From Acidimicrobiales bacterium (GTDB lineage Bacteria; Actinomycetota; Acidimicrobiia; Acidimicrobiales; RAAP-2): a DNA stretch of 53,586 nt. The DNA lies in the NCBI GenBank assembly GCA_043721635.1, contig JAYSQJ010000035.1:1-53586 (forward strand). Reading direction: 5' to 3'. The notes below the pieces were generated by a model, which did no database searches, had not been told where the DNA came from, and saw only the letters and a list, made by a program, of their open reading frames with translations. This document shows positions 18,750-28,088 of this stretch, piece by piece (positions within the stretch are counted from its first letter, which is position 1; each line of letters opens with the position of its first letter). The position numbers and the translations under genes were made by a program.

Positions 18750-20147
18750 ATGACGGAACTATGGCAGCAGTCGGCGACAACACTGGCCGAGATGATCCGC
18801 AGCGGTTCGACTACGTCGCGCGAGGTGGTCGAGGCGCACCTCGCGAGGATTGACGCGGTGAACGACCGAGTGAACGCCGTCGTGGAGATTCGTCCCGACG
18901 AGGTGCGCCGCGAAGCCGACGCCGCCGACGCGCAGCGCAAGTCGGGTCGAGCACTCGGGCCATTGCACGGCGTGCCCTTCACGATCAAGACCAATCTCGA
19001 CGTGGCGGGCTACGCGACGACGGAGGGCTGTGAGAGCCTGAAGGACTTCATGGCGACCGAGGACTCCCCGACCGTCGAGCGGATGCGCGCAGCCGGCGCC
19101 GTCACCCTCGCGCGCACCAACATGCCCGACCTGGGGCTGCGCGTGAACGCCGAGTCGTCGCTCTACGGCGCCACGCACAACCCGTGGATGCGGGGTCGCA
19201 CCGCCGGAGGCTCCTCGGGCGGCGAGGCCGCCGCGATCGCGTCGGGGATGAGCCCCATTGGCCTCGGCAACGACATCGGCGGCTCGCTGCGCAACCCGGC
19301 CTACGCCTGCGGTATCGCCTCGATCAAGCCGTCGCGCGGACGTGTCCCCCAGGGCAATCCGAGCGCGCAGGTCGAGACGGCCTTCAACTCCCAGGTCATG
19401 CACGTCGAAGGCGTCCTCGCGCGACACGTGGCCGACGTGCGCCTCGGCCTCGAGGTCCTCATGGGGGCGCATCGCAACGACCCGCTCTCGGTGGACGTGC
19501 CCCTTCGGGGCAAGCGCGTCGCCAAGCGCGTCGCCCTGGTGCCCGAACCCTTCGGGGGCGAGACTGACGCCGACGTCGCCGAGGGCGTGCGGATCGCCGG
19601 AAGGGCCCTCGAGGCGGCCGGCTACGAGGTGGAGGAGGTCGAGCCGCCGATGCTCTTGGAGTCCTACCTCGGCTGGGCGGAGCTGATGACCGCGGACTTT
19701 CAGTTGACCGCTCCGCTGGTCATGGCGGCGATGGGCCCAGGGGGACGCCGGTTCTTCGAGCTCACTAGCGCCGACTTCCCACTGATGACGGCCGAGTCGC
19801 TCGAGCTGATGCACGAGAATCGCCACAAGGTCGCGCGGGCGTGGCGCCAGTTCTTCCTCGAGTACCCATTGATCGTCGGGCCGACGTGGACCCAGCCGCC
19901 CTTCGAGCACGGCTTCGACATCCGGGACCAGGAGTCGGCAATGAAAGTCGTCGAAACCATCCGATTCGTGGTGCCGGCCAACCTGCTCGGCCTGCCGGCC
20001 GCGTGCGTGCCCACGGGCGTGGCGAACGGACTACCGACCGGGGCCCAGATCATTGGCGACATGTACCGCGACGACCTCTGCCTCGACGCGGCCGAGGTGG
20101 TGGAGAGCGCCGTGGGCGTGCTCACCCCGATCGATCCGAGAGGCTAG
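18750..20147 (+). CDS. Amidase-signature family enzyme
   Basis: HGVPFTIK, GGSSGGEAAA and GNDIGGSLRNPA (Lys-Ser-Ser triad). Confidence 0.92.
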   Translation: MTELWQQSATTLAEMIRSGSTTSREVVEAHLARIDAVNDRVNAVVEIRPDEVRREADAADAQRKSGRALGPLHGVPFTIKTNLDVAGYATTEGCESLKDFMATEDSPTVERMRAAGAVTLARTNMPDLGLRVNAESSLYGATHNPWMRGRTAGGSSGGEAAAIASGMSPIGLGNDIGGSLRNPAYACGIASIKPSRGRVPQGNPSAQVETAFNSQVMHVEGVLARHVADVRLGLEVLMGAHRNDPLSVDVPLRGKRVAKRVALVPEPFGGETDADVAEGVRIAGRALEAAGYEVEEVEPPMLLESYLGWAELMTADFQLTAPLVMAAMGPGGRRFFELTSADFPLMTAESLELMHENRHKVARAWRQFFLEYPLIVGPTWTQPPFEHGFDIRDQESAMKVVETIRFVVPANLLGLPAACVPTGVANGLPTGAQIIGDMYRDDLCLDAAEVVESAVGVLTPIDPRG

Positions 20148-20149
20148 TT

Positions 20150-20292
20150 GGCGGTGTCCGCCCGTCCGATCGCCTCCAGCAGCGTCCCCACGGCGTCGAG
20201 GATCCTCCCGGGCGGACCGCACCGCCCGCCTCACTCACGAGGGACCACGGCGGCTACCGGAGGCGACTGACGAGCCGCGACGTGCCGTGGTC
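20150..20292. terminator. Two GC-rich stem-loops between convergent genes
   Basis: GGCGGTG-TCCGCCCG (20150-64) pairs with CGGGCGGA..CACCGCC (20209-26); GACCACGGC (20243-51) pairs with GCCGTGGTC (20284-92). Confidence 0.4.
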
Positions 20293-20352
20293 GCCCACCG
20301 GCTCCATCGGCGTCCGGGCTACGACCGGACGAACCAGGACTTCACAAAGCTC

Positions 20353-20847
20353 CTAGAGGTCGAACACCTCTCGTAGGTCGCCGCGGTCGACGTCGAAGAC
20401 GAATCCCCGCACCTCGGTGCCGTCGACGAAGGCGCTGGCGCGCAGCCGCGCGACCGTCACGCGCACGTCGACGTCGACGTCGTCGTAGGCCCCGAGCGCG
20501 AAAGGGGGACGCACCCCGAGCGTCACTTCGACCTGGCTCAGCAGGGTGTCCTCGTCGAAGGTCTCGAGTCCGCAGCGTGTGTGGTGGATCACCATGACCG
20601 CGGTCGTGCCTAGCAGTCGTTGACTGAGGAGCAGCGAGCGGACCACATCCTCGGTCGCGAGACCGCCGGCGTTGCGAATGAGGTGAGCTTCGCCGAGGTC
20701 GAGGCCCAGGGCGCCGAAGAGGTCGAGACGCGAGTCCATGCACGTCAACACCGCCAGGTGCAGTCGCGGCGTCGTCGCCAGCTCGCGATGGCCGTGGCGC
20801 GCGACGTACTGGCGGTTGTGGGCGAGGAGTTCGTCGATCACGGTCAT
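20353..20847 (-). CDS. Beta-class carbonic anhydrase
   Basis: CMDSR, RNAGG and HHTRCG zinc ligands; TAGTAT 6 nt before ATG. Confidence 0.92.
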   Translation of the reverse strand: MTVIDELLAHNRQYVARHGHRELATTPRLHLAVLTCMDSRLDLFGALGLDLGEAHLIRNAGGLATEDVVRSLLLSQRLLGTTAVMVIHHTRCGLETFDEDTLLSQVEVTLGVRPPFALGAYDDVDVDVRVTVARLRASAFVDGTEVRGFVFDVDRGDLREVFDL

Positions 20848-20931
20848 CGGTCCATACTAGGAAGGCGTCGTGCCGCTCCGGCCCGGCCCACGGCGCGACG
20901 TCGGTCGCTACGCTGCAGTACGGAGGTGCCT

Positions 20932-21282
20932 ATGGAAAGCATGCATGAGGTGCGAGAAGAGCTTCGCCAGCCGGCGATCGACCTGCGCGCGATGATTCCT
21001 GAGGTAATGAAGGGCTACGCGGCGATGTCGGGCGCGGCGATGGCCGCCGGGGAGTTGCCGGTCGCGGTGAAGGAGCTGCTTGCGACGGTGATCGCGATCA
21101 CGCGCGAGTGCGACGGTTGCATCGTGTCGCACACCAGGGGCGCGGCGCGAAACGGCGTGAGCCGCCAGCAGATGGCCGAGGCCGTCGGCGTCGCGATCAT
21201 GATGAACGGTGGACCGGGCACGGTCTGGGGTCCGCGGGCCCTGCGGTCCTACGACGAGGCCGTGGCGGACCGGAAGCCTTAG
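20932..21282 (+). CDS. Carboxymuconolactone decarboxylase/AhpD-family protein
   Basis: KELLA...ECDGCIVSH and MMNGGPG; GGAGG RBS before ATG at 20932. Confidence 0.85.
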   Translation: MESMHEVREELRQPAIDLRAMIPEVMKGYAAMSGAAMAAGELPVAVKELLATVIAITRECDGCIVSHTRGAARNGVSRQQMAEAVGVAIMMNGGPGTVWGPRALRSYDEAVADRKP

Positions 21283-22532
21283 AAACTGTAGGGGAGGTGC
21301 TTGATCCCGTTCACGAAACTCGACGCCAACTGTGACGGGGCGCCGGTCGCGTGGATGCCCGGGGTCTTCGCGAGCATCTCTCGCCACATCACGGTGATCT
21401 CTCGACGCGCGAGATGGGCGCCGAGGCAGAAGTGGGGGCCCGGGGCGCCGAAGCCGTAGTGGTCGTTGGGCGTGCGTCCGACGTCGAAGGTGTAGGGGTC
21501 GACGAAGACGTCCTCGTCGCGGTTGGCCGAGTTGTAGTACAGCAGGACCTTGTCGCCCTCCTGCAGGTCGACGCCCGACAGCGTGTAGTCGCGCGAGAGC
21601 GTACGGCGCATCCAGATCACCGGCGACGCCCACCGCACGATCTCATCCGTCGAGGTCTTGGCCAGGCCTTCGAAGTCACGGGCCAGTCGGGCCTTCTGGT
21701 CAGGGTACTCAGTCAGCGCGTGAAGGCTGTGGGCGATCGCCGTGCGGGTAGTTTCGTTGCCGGCCGTGACCAGCAGTACGAAGAACGACGCGAGTTCTTG
21801 CTGGGTGAGCTTCTCCGACTCGATCTCGGCGTTGACGAGGGCGCTCGTGATGTCGTCGATGGGATTGAGGAGCCGGTACTTGCCGAGGTCCTCCATGAGC
21901 GAGGTCAAGGCTCCACCGGCCTCGAGGACGGCCACGATCGGGTCGGTTCCCTCGCCGATCACCTCGGGATCGCCCATCGAGAGGATGGTGTTCGAGCATT
22001 TGAGGACCGTGGCGTACTCGCTGGGCGGCACGCCCATCATGTCGCAGATGATGACGAGGGGGAGGGGCGCCGCGATGTCGGCGACGAAGTCGCCCGTGCC
22101 GTTCGCCAGTGCCTTCGCGAGCACCTCGTCGGCGACGCGCTCGATCGAGTCCTCGACGCCACGGACGTTGCGCGGATTGAAGGCGTTGGACACGATGCGG
22201 CGCAGCCTCGCGTGCTTCGGGTTGTCCGTCGAGATCATCCCCGAGAAGTACTCCACCATCTCGGGCGGCAGGTCGAACTGGGAGACGGCGCCCGGTCCCG
22301 AGAGGAAGACCTCGGGGTGTCGGGAGGCCTCGGCGACGTCGCGGTGCTTGGTCAAGGCGTAATGGCCGTTGCCCGGGGGGAACACCATCGAGAGGTCCTG
22401 CATCAACGGGTCGTCGTAGTGCGCAATGGGTCGCTCGGCGCGGAGCGTGGCGAAGGCCGCCTCGCGCTCGGGCCACGGACGCTTCCAGAACTCCAGGTCT
22501 GACAGGTCGATGTCGCTGACGTTCCATTCCAT
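21279..22532 (-). CDS. Cytochrome P450
   Basis: AGNETT I-helix, EIVR (ExxR) and FGAPGPHFCLG heme motif; GGAG RBS before ATG at 22532. Confidence 0.95.
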   Translation of the reverse strand: MEWNVSDIDLSDLEFWKRPWPEREAAFATLRAERPIAHYDDPLMQDLSMVFPPGNGHYALTKHRDVAEASRHPEVFLSGPGAVSQFDLPPEMVEYFSGMISTDNPKHARLRRIVSNAFNPRNVRGVEDSIERVADEVLAKALANGTGDFVADIAAPLPLVIICDMMGVPPSEYATVLKCSNTILSMGDPEVIGEGTDPIVAVLEAGGALTSLMEDLGKYRLLNPIDDITSALVNAEIESEKLTQQELASFFVLLVTAGNETTRTAIAHSLHALTEYPDQKARLARDFEGLAKTSTDEIVRWASPVIWMRRTLSRDYTLSGVDLQEGDKVLLYYNSANRDEDVFVDPYTFDVGRTPNDHYGFGAPGPHFCLGAHLARREITVMWREMLAKTPGIHATGAPSQLASSFVNGIKHLPYSF

Positions 22533-22608
22533 TGCGTGCTCCACGGCGTTCATCGTAGTTAATGGCACCCGGCGTCACGCGCCACGGTTTCCACGGCAGA
22601 CTGGGGCC

Positions 22609-22938
22609 ATGGAACTGACCGACCAGGAGCGTGCCACGCGGCTAAAGGCGCTGAACGCGCTGCTCGACCTCATGCGACCCGCGGTTCAGGCCGACGGTGG
22701 GGACCTCGTCCTGCTTCGCGCCGACGTCGAATCCGGGGTCGTCGAGGTGCAGCTCCAGGGCGCCTGCTCGAGCTGCGCCATCTCGTCAGACACCCTGCAG
22801 GGGGGCGTCACCAGGATCCTGACGGACCGCCTCGCGTGGGTGACTGAGGTCATCGGCGGCGTCGACGACTCAATGGACCCCGAGGACTCGATGTCACTGG
22901 GCGCCGGCGGCTACGTGCCGCGCTACCGCCAGCTGTAG
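22609..22938 (+). CDS. NifU/Nfu-type Fe-S carrier protein
   Basis: RPAVQADGGD...LQGACSSC; CAGACT 6 nt before ATG. Confidence 0.88.
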   Translation: MELTDQERATRLKALNALLDLMRPAVQADGGDLVLLRADVESGVVEVQLQGACSSCAISSDTLQGGVTRILTDRLAWVTEVIGGVDDSMDPEDSMSLGAGGYVPRYRQL

Positions 22939-22974
22939 CGGGAAGAAAACCGCTCGACCGCCACCGAAGTGCGG

Positions 22975-22997
22975 TATTATTTAGTTAGGTGAACTAA
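22975..22997 (+). promoter_or_regulatory. Putative MarR operator overlapping the -10 and start codon
   Basis: TTAGTT-N5-AACTAA inverted repeat (22981-22997) directly after TATTAT (22975-80). Confidence 0.65.
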
Positions 22998-23425
22998 TGG
23001 AAACTCTTACTACCGCTGAAACCGCCGCTCGACTTCGTCGGGCAATTACTCGGCTCAATCGCAAGCTGCGCTACTCGGCGCTGGGCGGCGTCTCGCCGGC
23101 GCAGGCCTCGATGCTCTCCTCGGTCGAGAAGCTCGACCACCCCTCGTTGGGCGACCTCGCGATGGCCGAGCAGATCCAGCCCCCGTCGGTGACCAGGCTC
23201 GTCCAGGTGATGGAGCAGGCCGGACTGATCAAGTGCGCGCCCGACCTCGACGACCGGCGATGCACCAGGGTGCAGATCACGCCGTCGGGCCGCCGGGAGC
23301 TCGAGCGGATCCGCCAGCGCAAGACCGAGTTCCTCGAGCGCCGGCTGCTCGCGCTCTCGGCCACTGACCAGCGCCAGGCCGAGGCGCTCGTTGCATTCCT
23401 CGAAGTGCTGCTGGAGGAAAAGTGA
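22997..23425 (+). CDS. MarR-family transcriptional regulator
   Basis: LAMAEQIQPPSVTRLV wHTH and DDRR...ITPSG. Confidence 0.92.
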   Translation: METLTTAETAARLRRAITRLNRKLRYSALGGVSPAQASMLSSVEKLDHPSLGDLAMAEQIQPPSVTRLVQVMEQAGLIKCAPDLDDRRCTRVQITPSGRRELERIRQRKTEFLERRLLALSATDQRQAEALVAFLEVLLEEK

Positions 23426-24663
23426 CCGCGCAGCAGATCTCGTCGCGCACCTTCGCCGCGCTGAAGGTCCGCAACTTCCGCCTCTACTTTGTGGGCCAGT
23501 TGATCTCGGTGTCGGGGTCGTGGATGCAGTCAGTCGCTCAGGGCTGGCTCGTGCTGCAACTGACCGGATCGTCGCTCGACCTGGGTATCGCGGTCGCCCT
23601 GCAGTTCCTGCCGATTCTGCTGGCTGGCTCGTACGGGGGACTGGTCGCCGACCGTTACGACAAGCGTCGGATCCTCTACTTCACGCAGTCGGGAGCCGGG
23701 CTGTTGGCGCTCTTGCTCGGAATCCTCATCACGCTCCACCAGGTGGTTCCGATGACCGTCTACGTCATCGCCTTCGGACTCGGCATCGTCAACCTCTTCG
23801 ACGTCCCGGCGCGTCAGGCCTTCGTCCAGCAGATGGTGGGGCGCGACCTCATCGCCAATGCCGTGAGCCTCCAGAGCGTGCTGATGAACTCGGGTCGCGT
23901 GATCGGCCCCGGCATCGCCGCGGCCTTCATCGCGCTGATTGGCACGGCCGGCTGCTTCTACGCGAACTCGGTATCGTTCCTCGCCGTGATCGTGGCGCTG
24001 GCGATGATGCGACACGCCGAGTTCCTGCCGATGAGGATCGTCGAGCGCCAGCGCGGTCAGTTGCGCCTGGGACTTCGCTACGTGTGGGAGACGCCGGTGC
24101 TGCGAAACGTGATCACGTCGGTCGCCCTGGTCGGCACCTTCGCCTTCAACTTCACGGTGACCTTGCCGCTACTGGCCCGGATCACGTTCCACGAGAGGAC
24201 CGCCGTCCACTACGGGCTGTTGATGGGCGCAATGGGCATCGGTGCGATCATCGGCGGCCTCTACGTCGCGCATCGCTCGCGACCGACGCCACGCCTGCTC
24301 GCCGTGCTCGCCCTGGGCTTTGGCCTGTCAATGACCCTCGTGGCCTTCGCACCGACGATGCTGCTCGCCGAGGTGGCGATGATCCCCACGGGGGCCTTCT
24401 CGATCGCCTTCCTGTCGAGTGCGAACGCCACGCTGCAACTCAATTCGGCCGAGCACATGCGCGGGCGCGTCATGAGCCTCTACGCCATGGCCTTCCTCGG
24501 CACGACCCCGATCGGCGCGCCGTTGATGGGGCTGATCATCTCGAGGACCGATCCGCGCATCGGTCTCTTCCTCGGCGCGTCGGTGACCCTCTTGACCGGC
24601 CTCATGCTTGTTGCGCAACTACGCGGCACCACTCGCGAGGCCTCAGTGCTGCGAACGGCCTAG
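23422..24663 (+). CDS. MFS transporter
   Basis: About 12 TMs; NFRLYFVGQLIS, GLVADRYDKR and MRGRVMS; GTGA overlap with marR. Confidence 0.9.
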   Translation: MTAQQISSRTFAALKVRNFRLYFVGQLISVSGSWMQSVAQGWLVLQLTGSSLDLGIAVALQFLPILLAGSYGGLVADRYDKRRILYFTQSGAGLLALLLGILITLHQVVPMTVYVIAFGLGIVNLFDVPARQAFVQQMVGRDLIANAVSLQSVLMNSGRVIGPGIAAAFIALIGTAGCFYANSVSFLAVIVALAMMRHAEFLPMRIVERQRGQLRLGLRYVWETPVLRNVITSVALVGTFAFNFTVTLPLLARITFHERTAVHYGLLMGAMGIGAIIGGLYVAHRSRPTPRLLAVLALGFGLSMTLVAFAPTMLLAEVAMIPTGAFSIAFLSSANATLQLNSAEHMRGRVMSLYAMAFLGTTPIGAPLMGLIISRTDPRIGLFLGASVTLLTGLMLVAQLRGTTREASVLRTA

Positions 24664-25892
24664 ACCTTTTGCGCCTTGGGCTCTTTCGGCAGTCCGAGGG
24701 CGCGCTCGCCGATGATGTTGCGCTGGATTTCGGCCGTGCCGCCCCAGATCGTCTCTGAGCGACTGAAGAAGAACGAGCCCTGGAGCTCGGACACCGGGTA
24801 GTCGGCCCGCCCGCGACGCGGTCCGGGCTCGACCTCGTCGCCGTTGGCGCTGCCGGTAAGAATTTGCGCCTCCATGCCGAGCACGTCGATGGCGAGCTCC
24901 ATCGTGGCGCGGTGGGCCTCGGACCAGAACATCTTGTTGCACGCGCCGAGCAGGGCCGTATTGTGGGTGCCGTTCAACGAGTCGGTGAGCGAGCGATAGC
25001 CGTTGATCTCCATGATCTTGCACCGTTCCCAGGCCTTCACGAGCTCGTCGCGAACGCGCAGGTCGGCGTTCTTGTGCAGGCGCGTGGCCTCTTTGACGAT
25101 CTGCTCCCACTCCTTCACGAAGCGCCGGTAGCTGGTCGTCGACGACGAGCCTCGCTCGAAGCCCAGGGTGGTCATCGCGACTTTCCAGCCGTTGTTCACG
25201 CCGCCCACGGCGTTGCCCTTCGGGCAGCGCGCGTTGGTGAAGAAGACCTCGTTGAAGTCGCCCGAGCCGTCGACCTGGATGATGGGCCGGACCTCGACGC
25301 CCGCCTGATGCATCGGGACCAGCAAGTAGCTGATGCCCGCGTGCTGGGGCGCGTCGGGGTCGGTGCGCACCATCAAGAAGACGTAGTCGGCGTGCTGGGC
25401 CTGCGAGGTCCACACCTTCTGTCCGTTGATGACCCACTCGTCGCCGTCGAGCACCGCGCTGGTCTTCAGGCTCGCGAGGTCCGACCCGGAGTCGGGCTCG
25501 GAAAATCCCTGGCACCAGGCGATCTGGCCCTGCAAAATGCCGGGGATGAACTCCTTCTTCTGTTCCTCGGTGCCCCACTGCAGGATGGTCGGGCCCACGA
25601 GGGTGTCGCCGAAGAAGTCGGCGCGCATCGGCGCGCCGACCTTGGCGAACTCCTCGTTGAGGACCACCTGCTGGAGCAGGGTGAGGCCCTTGCCGCCGTA
25701 CTCGACGGGCCACCCGGCGCAGATCCAGCCGCCGGCGAAGAGCTTCTGGTTCCAGTGTTCGTTGAACTCCCGGCGCTCGGTCGGGTTCATCGTGAAGCCC
25801 GGTTCGGTCCAGTGCGCGGGCAGGTTCTCCTCGAGCCAGGCGCGGATCTCCGCGCGGAACAGTTCTGCTTCGGGGGGGTAGGTCAGATCCAT
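24660..25892 (-). CDS. Acyl-CoA dehydrogenase (FadE-like)
   Basis: MDLTY start, WCQGFSEPDSGSDLA, GQKVWTS and TIWGGTAEIQRNII; TACGCT upstream of ATG. Confidence 0.92.
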   Translation of the reverse strand: MDLTYPPEAELFRAEIRAWLEENLPAHWTEPGFTMNPTERREFNEHWNQKLFAGGWICAGWPVEYGGKGLTLLQQVVLNEEFAKVGAPMRADFFGDTLVGPTILQWGTEEQKKEFIPGILQGQIAWCQGFSEPDSGSDLASLKTSAVLDGDEWVINGQKVWTSQAQHADYVFLMVRTDPDAPQHAGISYLLVPMHQAGVEVRPIIQVDGSGDFNEVFFTNARCPKGNAVGGVNNGWKVAMTTLGFERGSSSTTSYRRFVKEWEQIVKEATRLHKNADLRVRDELVKAWERCKIMEINGYRSLTDSLNGTHNTALLGACNKMFWSEAHRATMELAIDVLGMEAQILTGSANGDEVEPGPRRGRADYPVSELQGSFFFSRSETIWGGTAEIQRNIIGERALGLPKEPKAQKV

Positions 25893-26076
25893 ATCAGGCA
25901 GCGTAGCCAACGACCATGCGGCCGTTTTCAGCCATTTGTGCCCCTGGAGGAATCTGGGGGAGAATGGAGAACTTCGATTCTCCGAAAGTTGGCCCGTGCC
26001 CCGCTCCCTCCGCCAGACCATCGACGAGACTCGCGCGTCCTGGGCCCGCTCTGCGACCATCACGACGCCGGGCCAC

Positions 26077-27366
26077 GTGTCGGCGAGCCCGGCCGGACCG
26101 GGTAAGCACCGTGTCGCCTTCCTGCTCTACCGCGGCAACCCGCGCTGCGGGGGCCAGGGCGTCTACACCCGCCACCTGACCCGCGAACTCGTGCGCCTCG
26201 GCCACAGCGTCGAGGTCTTCTCCGGCCCGCCGTGGCCCGAGCTCGATGAGGGCGTGGGCTTCACCGCGGTGCGCGGCCTCGACCTCTACCGCGACCCGGA
26301 CCCCTTTCGCATCCCGGCGCGCAAGGAGTTCACGTCGCTCGCGGACCTCACCGAGTTTGCGGTCATGCTGAGCGGCGGCTTCGGCGAGCCACTGGCCTAC
26401 TCGAAGCGCATCGCGAAGCTGTTAAAGGGCCGTCGCGACGACTTCGACATCATCCACGACGACCAGTGCATCGGGACCGGAATCCTGGCGCTGCACCGGC
26501 GGGGCTGGCCGGTCCTCGAGACGCTCCATCACCCCATCACCGTCGACCGCTCGATTGCCCTCGACCACGCCGAGACGGCGTGGAAGCGGTTCAACACCCG
26601 ACGGTGGTTCGGCTTCTTACGCATGCAGGTGCGGGTCGTCAAACAGCTGCCCGCAGTGCTGACGGTGTCGCACAACTCAAAAATCGACATCAACGCCCAG
26701 ATGAAGGTGCCCCTCGAGCGGCTGACCGTCGTGCCGGTCGGGGTCGACCACACCGTGTTCCGCCCCTACGACGACGTCACGAAGAAGAAGGGCCGCCTGA
26801 TGGTCACGTCCAGCAGTGACGTGCCCATGAAGGGTCTCGTGCCGTTGCTCGAGGCGATCGCCAAGCTGCGCACCGAGCGCGACATCGACCTCATCGTGAT
26901 CGGCCAGCCCCGGCCCAAGGGCCGGGTGGCCAACGCCCTCGCGCGCCTCGGTCTCAACGACATCGTGACCACGATCTCGGGCGTGAGCGACGAAGACCTG
27001 GCCCGCCTCTACGGCGAGGCCGAGGTCGCGATCGTGCCGAGCCTCTACGAGGGGTTCTCTCTTCCGGCGATCGAGGCGATGAGCTGCGGCGTGCCGGTCG
27101 TGGCGACGACCGGGGGCGCCCTGCCCGAGGTGGTGGGCGTCAGCGACGAGACGGGGCTGCTCGTCGAGCCCAACGATCCCGAGGCGCTCGTCGGCGCGAT
27201 CCGCCGACTCCTCGATGACGCGGACCTGCGGGCCCGACTCGGTGCCGCCGGGCGTCAGCGCGTCATCGAACGCTTCACGTGGGAGGTCACGGCGCGCGGC
27301 ACGGCGGCCTGTTACGACGCGATCCTCACCGGACGGCCGCTGCCCGAATCGATGGACTTCGGCTGA
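26077..27366 (+). CDS. Glycosyltransferase family 4 (GT-B)
   Basis: GGQGVY, VPSLYEGFSLPAIEAMSCG and GGALPEVV; start uncertain. Confidence 0.9.
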   Translation: MSASPAGPGKHRVAFLLYRGNPRCGGQGVYTRHLTRELVRLGHSVEVFSGPPWPELDEGVGFTAVRGLDLYRDPDPFRIPARKEFTSLADLTEFAVMLSGGFGEPLAYSKRIAKLLKGRRDDFDIIHDDQCIGTGILALHRRGWPVLETLHHPITVDRSIALDHAETAWKRFNTRRWFGFLRMQVRVVKQLPAVLTVSHNSKIDINAQMKVPLERLTVVPVGVDHTVFRPYDDVTKKKGRLMVTSSSDVPMKGLVPLLEAIAKLRTERDIDLIVIGQPRPKGRVANALARLGLNDIVTTISGVSDEDLARLYGEAEVAIVPSLYEGFSLPAIEAMSCGVPVVATTGGALPEVVGVSDETGLLVEPNDPEALVGAIRRLLDDADLRARLGAAGRQRVIERFTWEVTARGTAACYDAILTGRPLPESMDFG

Positions 27367-28088
27367 TGCTCACGGCCGACTACGACCAGTTGGGCCTCGC
27401 GCGGGGCGACAAGATCCTCGACCTGGGATGTGGCTTCGGCCGGCACGCCTTCGAAGCGGCCCGACGGGGCGCCGACGTCGTCGCCCTCGACGCCGGTCGC
27501 GACGAGGTCGAGAGGGTCAAGGCGATGTTCGCGGCGATGGTCGCCGCCGGCGAGCTCGAGGCCGCCACGCTCCACACCGCGGCCGTCCAGGGCGACGCCC
27601 TGCACCTGCCGTTCCCCGACGGGGCCTTCGATCGCGTGATCTGCTCGGAGGTGCTTGAGCACATCCCCGACGACGTCGGCGCGATGCGCGAGCTGACCCG
27701 GGTGCTGCGCCCGGGCGGGACGATGGCGGTCACGGTACCGAGGTTCGGACCGGAGTTGGTCAACTGGGCGCTCTCGGACGCGTACCACAACGTGCCGGGC
27801 GGCCATATCCGCATCTACCGTCGCTCGGTGCTGAGCGCGCGACTCGTCTCGGTCGGACTCCAGGTGACCGGCCACCACTACGCCCACGGGCTGCACAGCC
27901 CCTACTGGTGGTTGAAGTGTCTCGTCGGCACCACCAACGAGAGAAACTGGTTCGTGCGCCACTATCACCGACTGTTGGTGTGGGACATCATGAAGGCGCC
28001 GCGCACCACCCGCTACGCCGAGCGGGTGCTGGCGCCGCTCATGGGCAAGTCGATCGTCGTCTACCTCGCCAAGCCGACCGCGTCGTGA
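27366..28088 (+). CDS. Class I SAM-dependent methyltransferase
   Basis: LDLGCGFGRH, LPFPDGAFD, SEVLEH and RVLRPGG; TGATG coupling. Confidence 0.9.
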   Translation: MLTADYDQLGLARGDKILDLGCGFGRHAFEAARRGADVVALDAGRDEVERVKAMFAAMVAAGELEAATLHTAAVQGDALHLPFPDGAFDRVICSEVLEHIPDDVGAMRELTRVLRPGGTMAVTVPRFGPELVNWALSDAYHNVPGGHIRIYRRSVLSARLVSVGLQVTGHHYAHGLHSPYWWLKCLVGTTNERNWFVRHYHRLLVWDIMKAPRTTRYAERVLAPLMGKSIVVYLAKPTAS

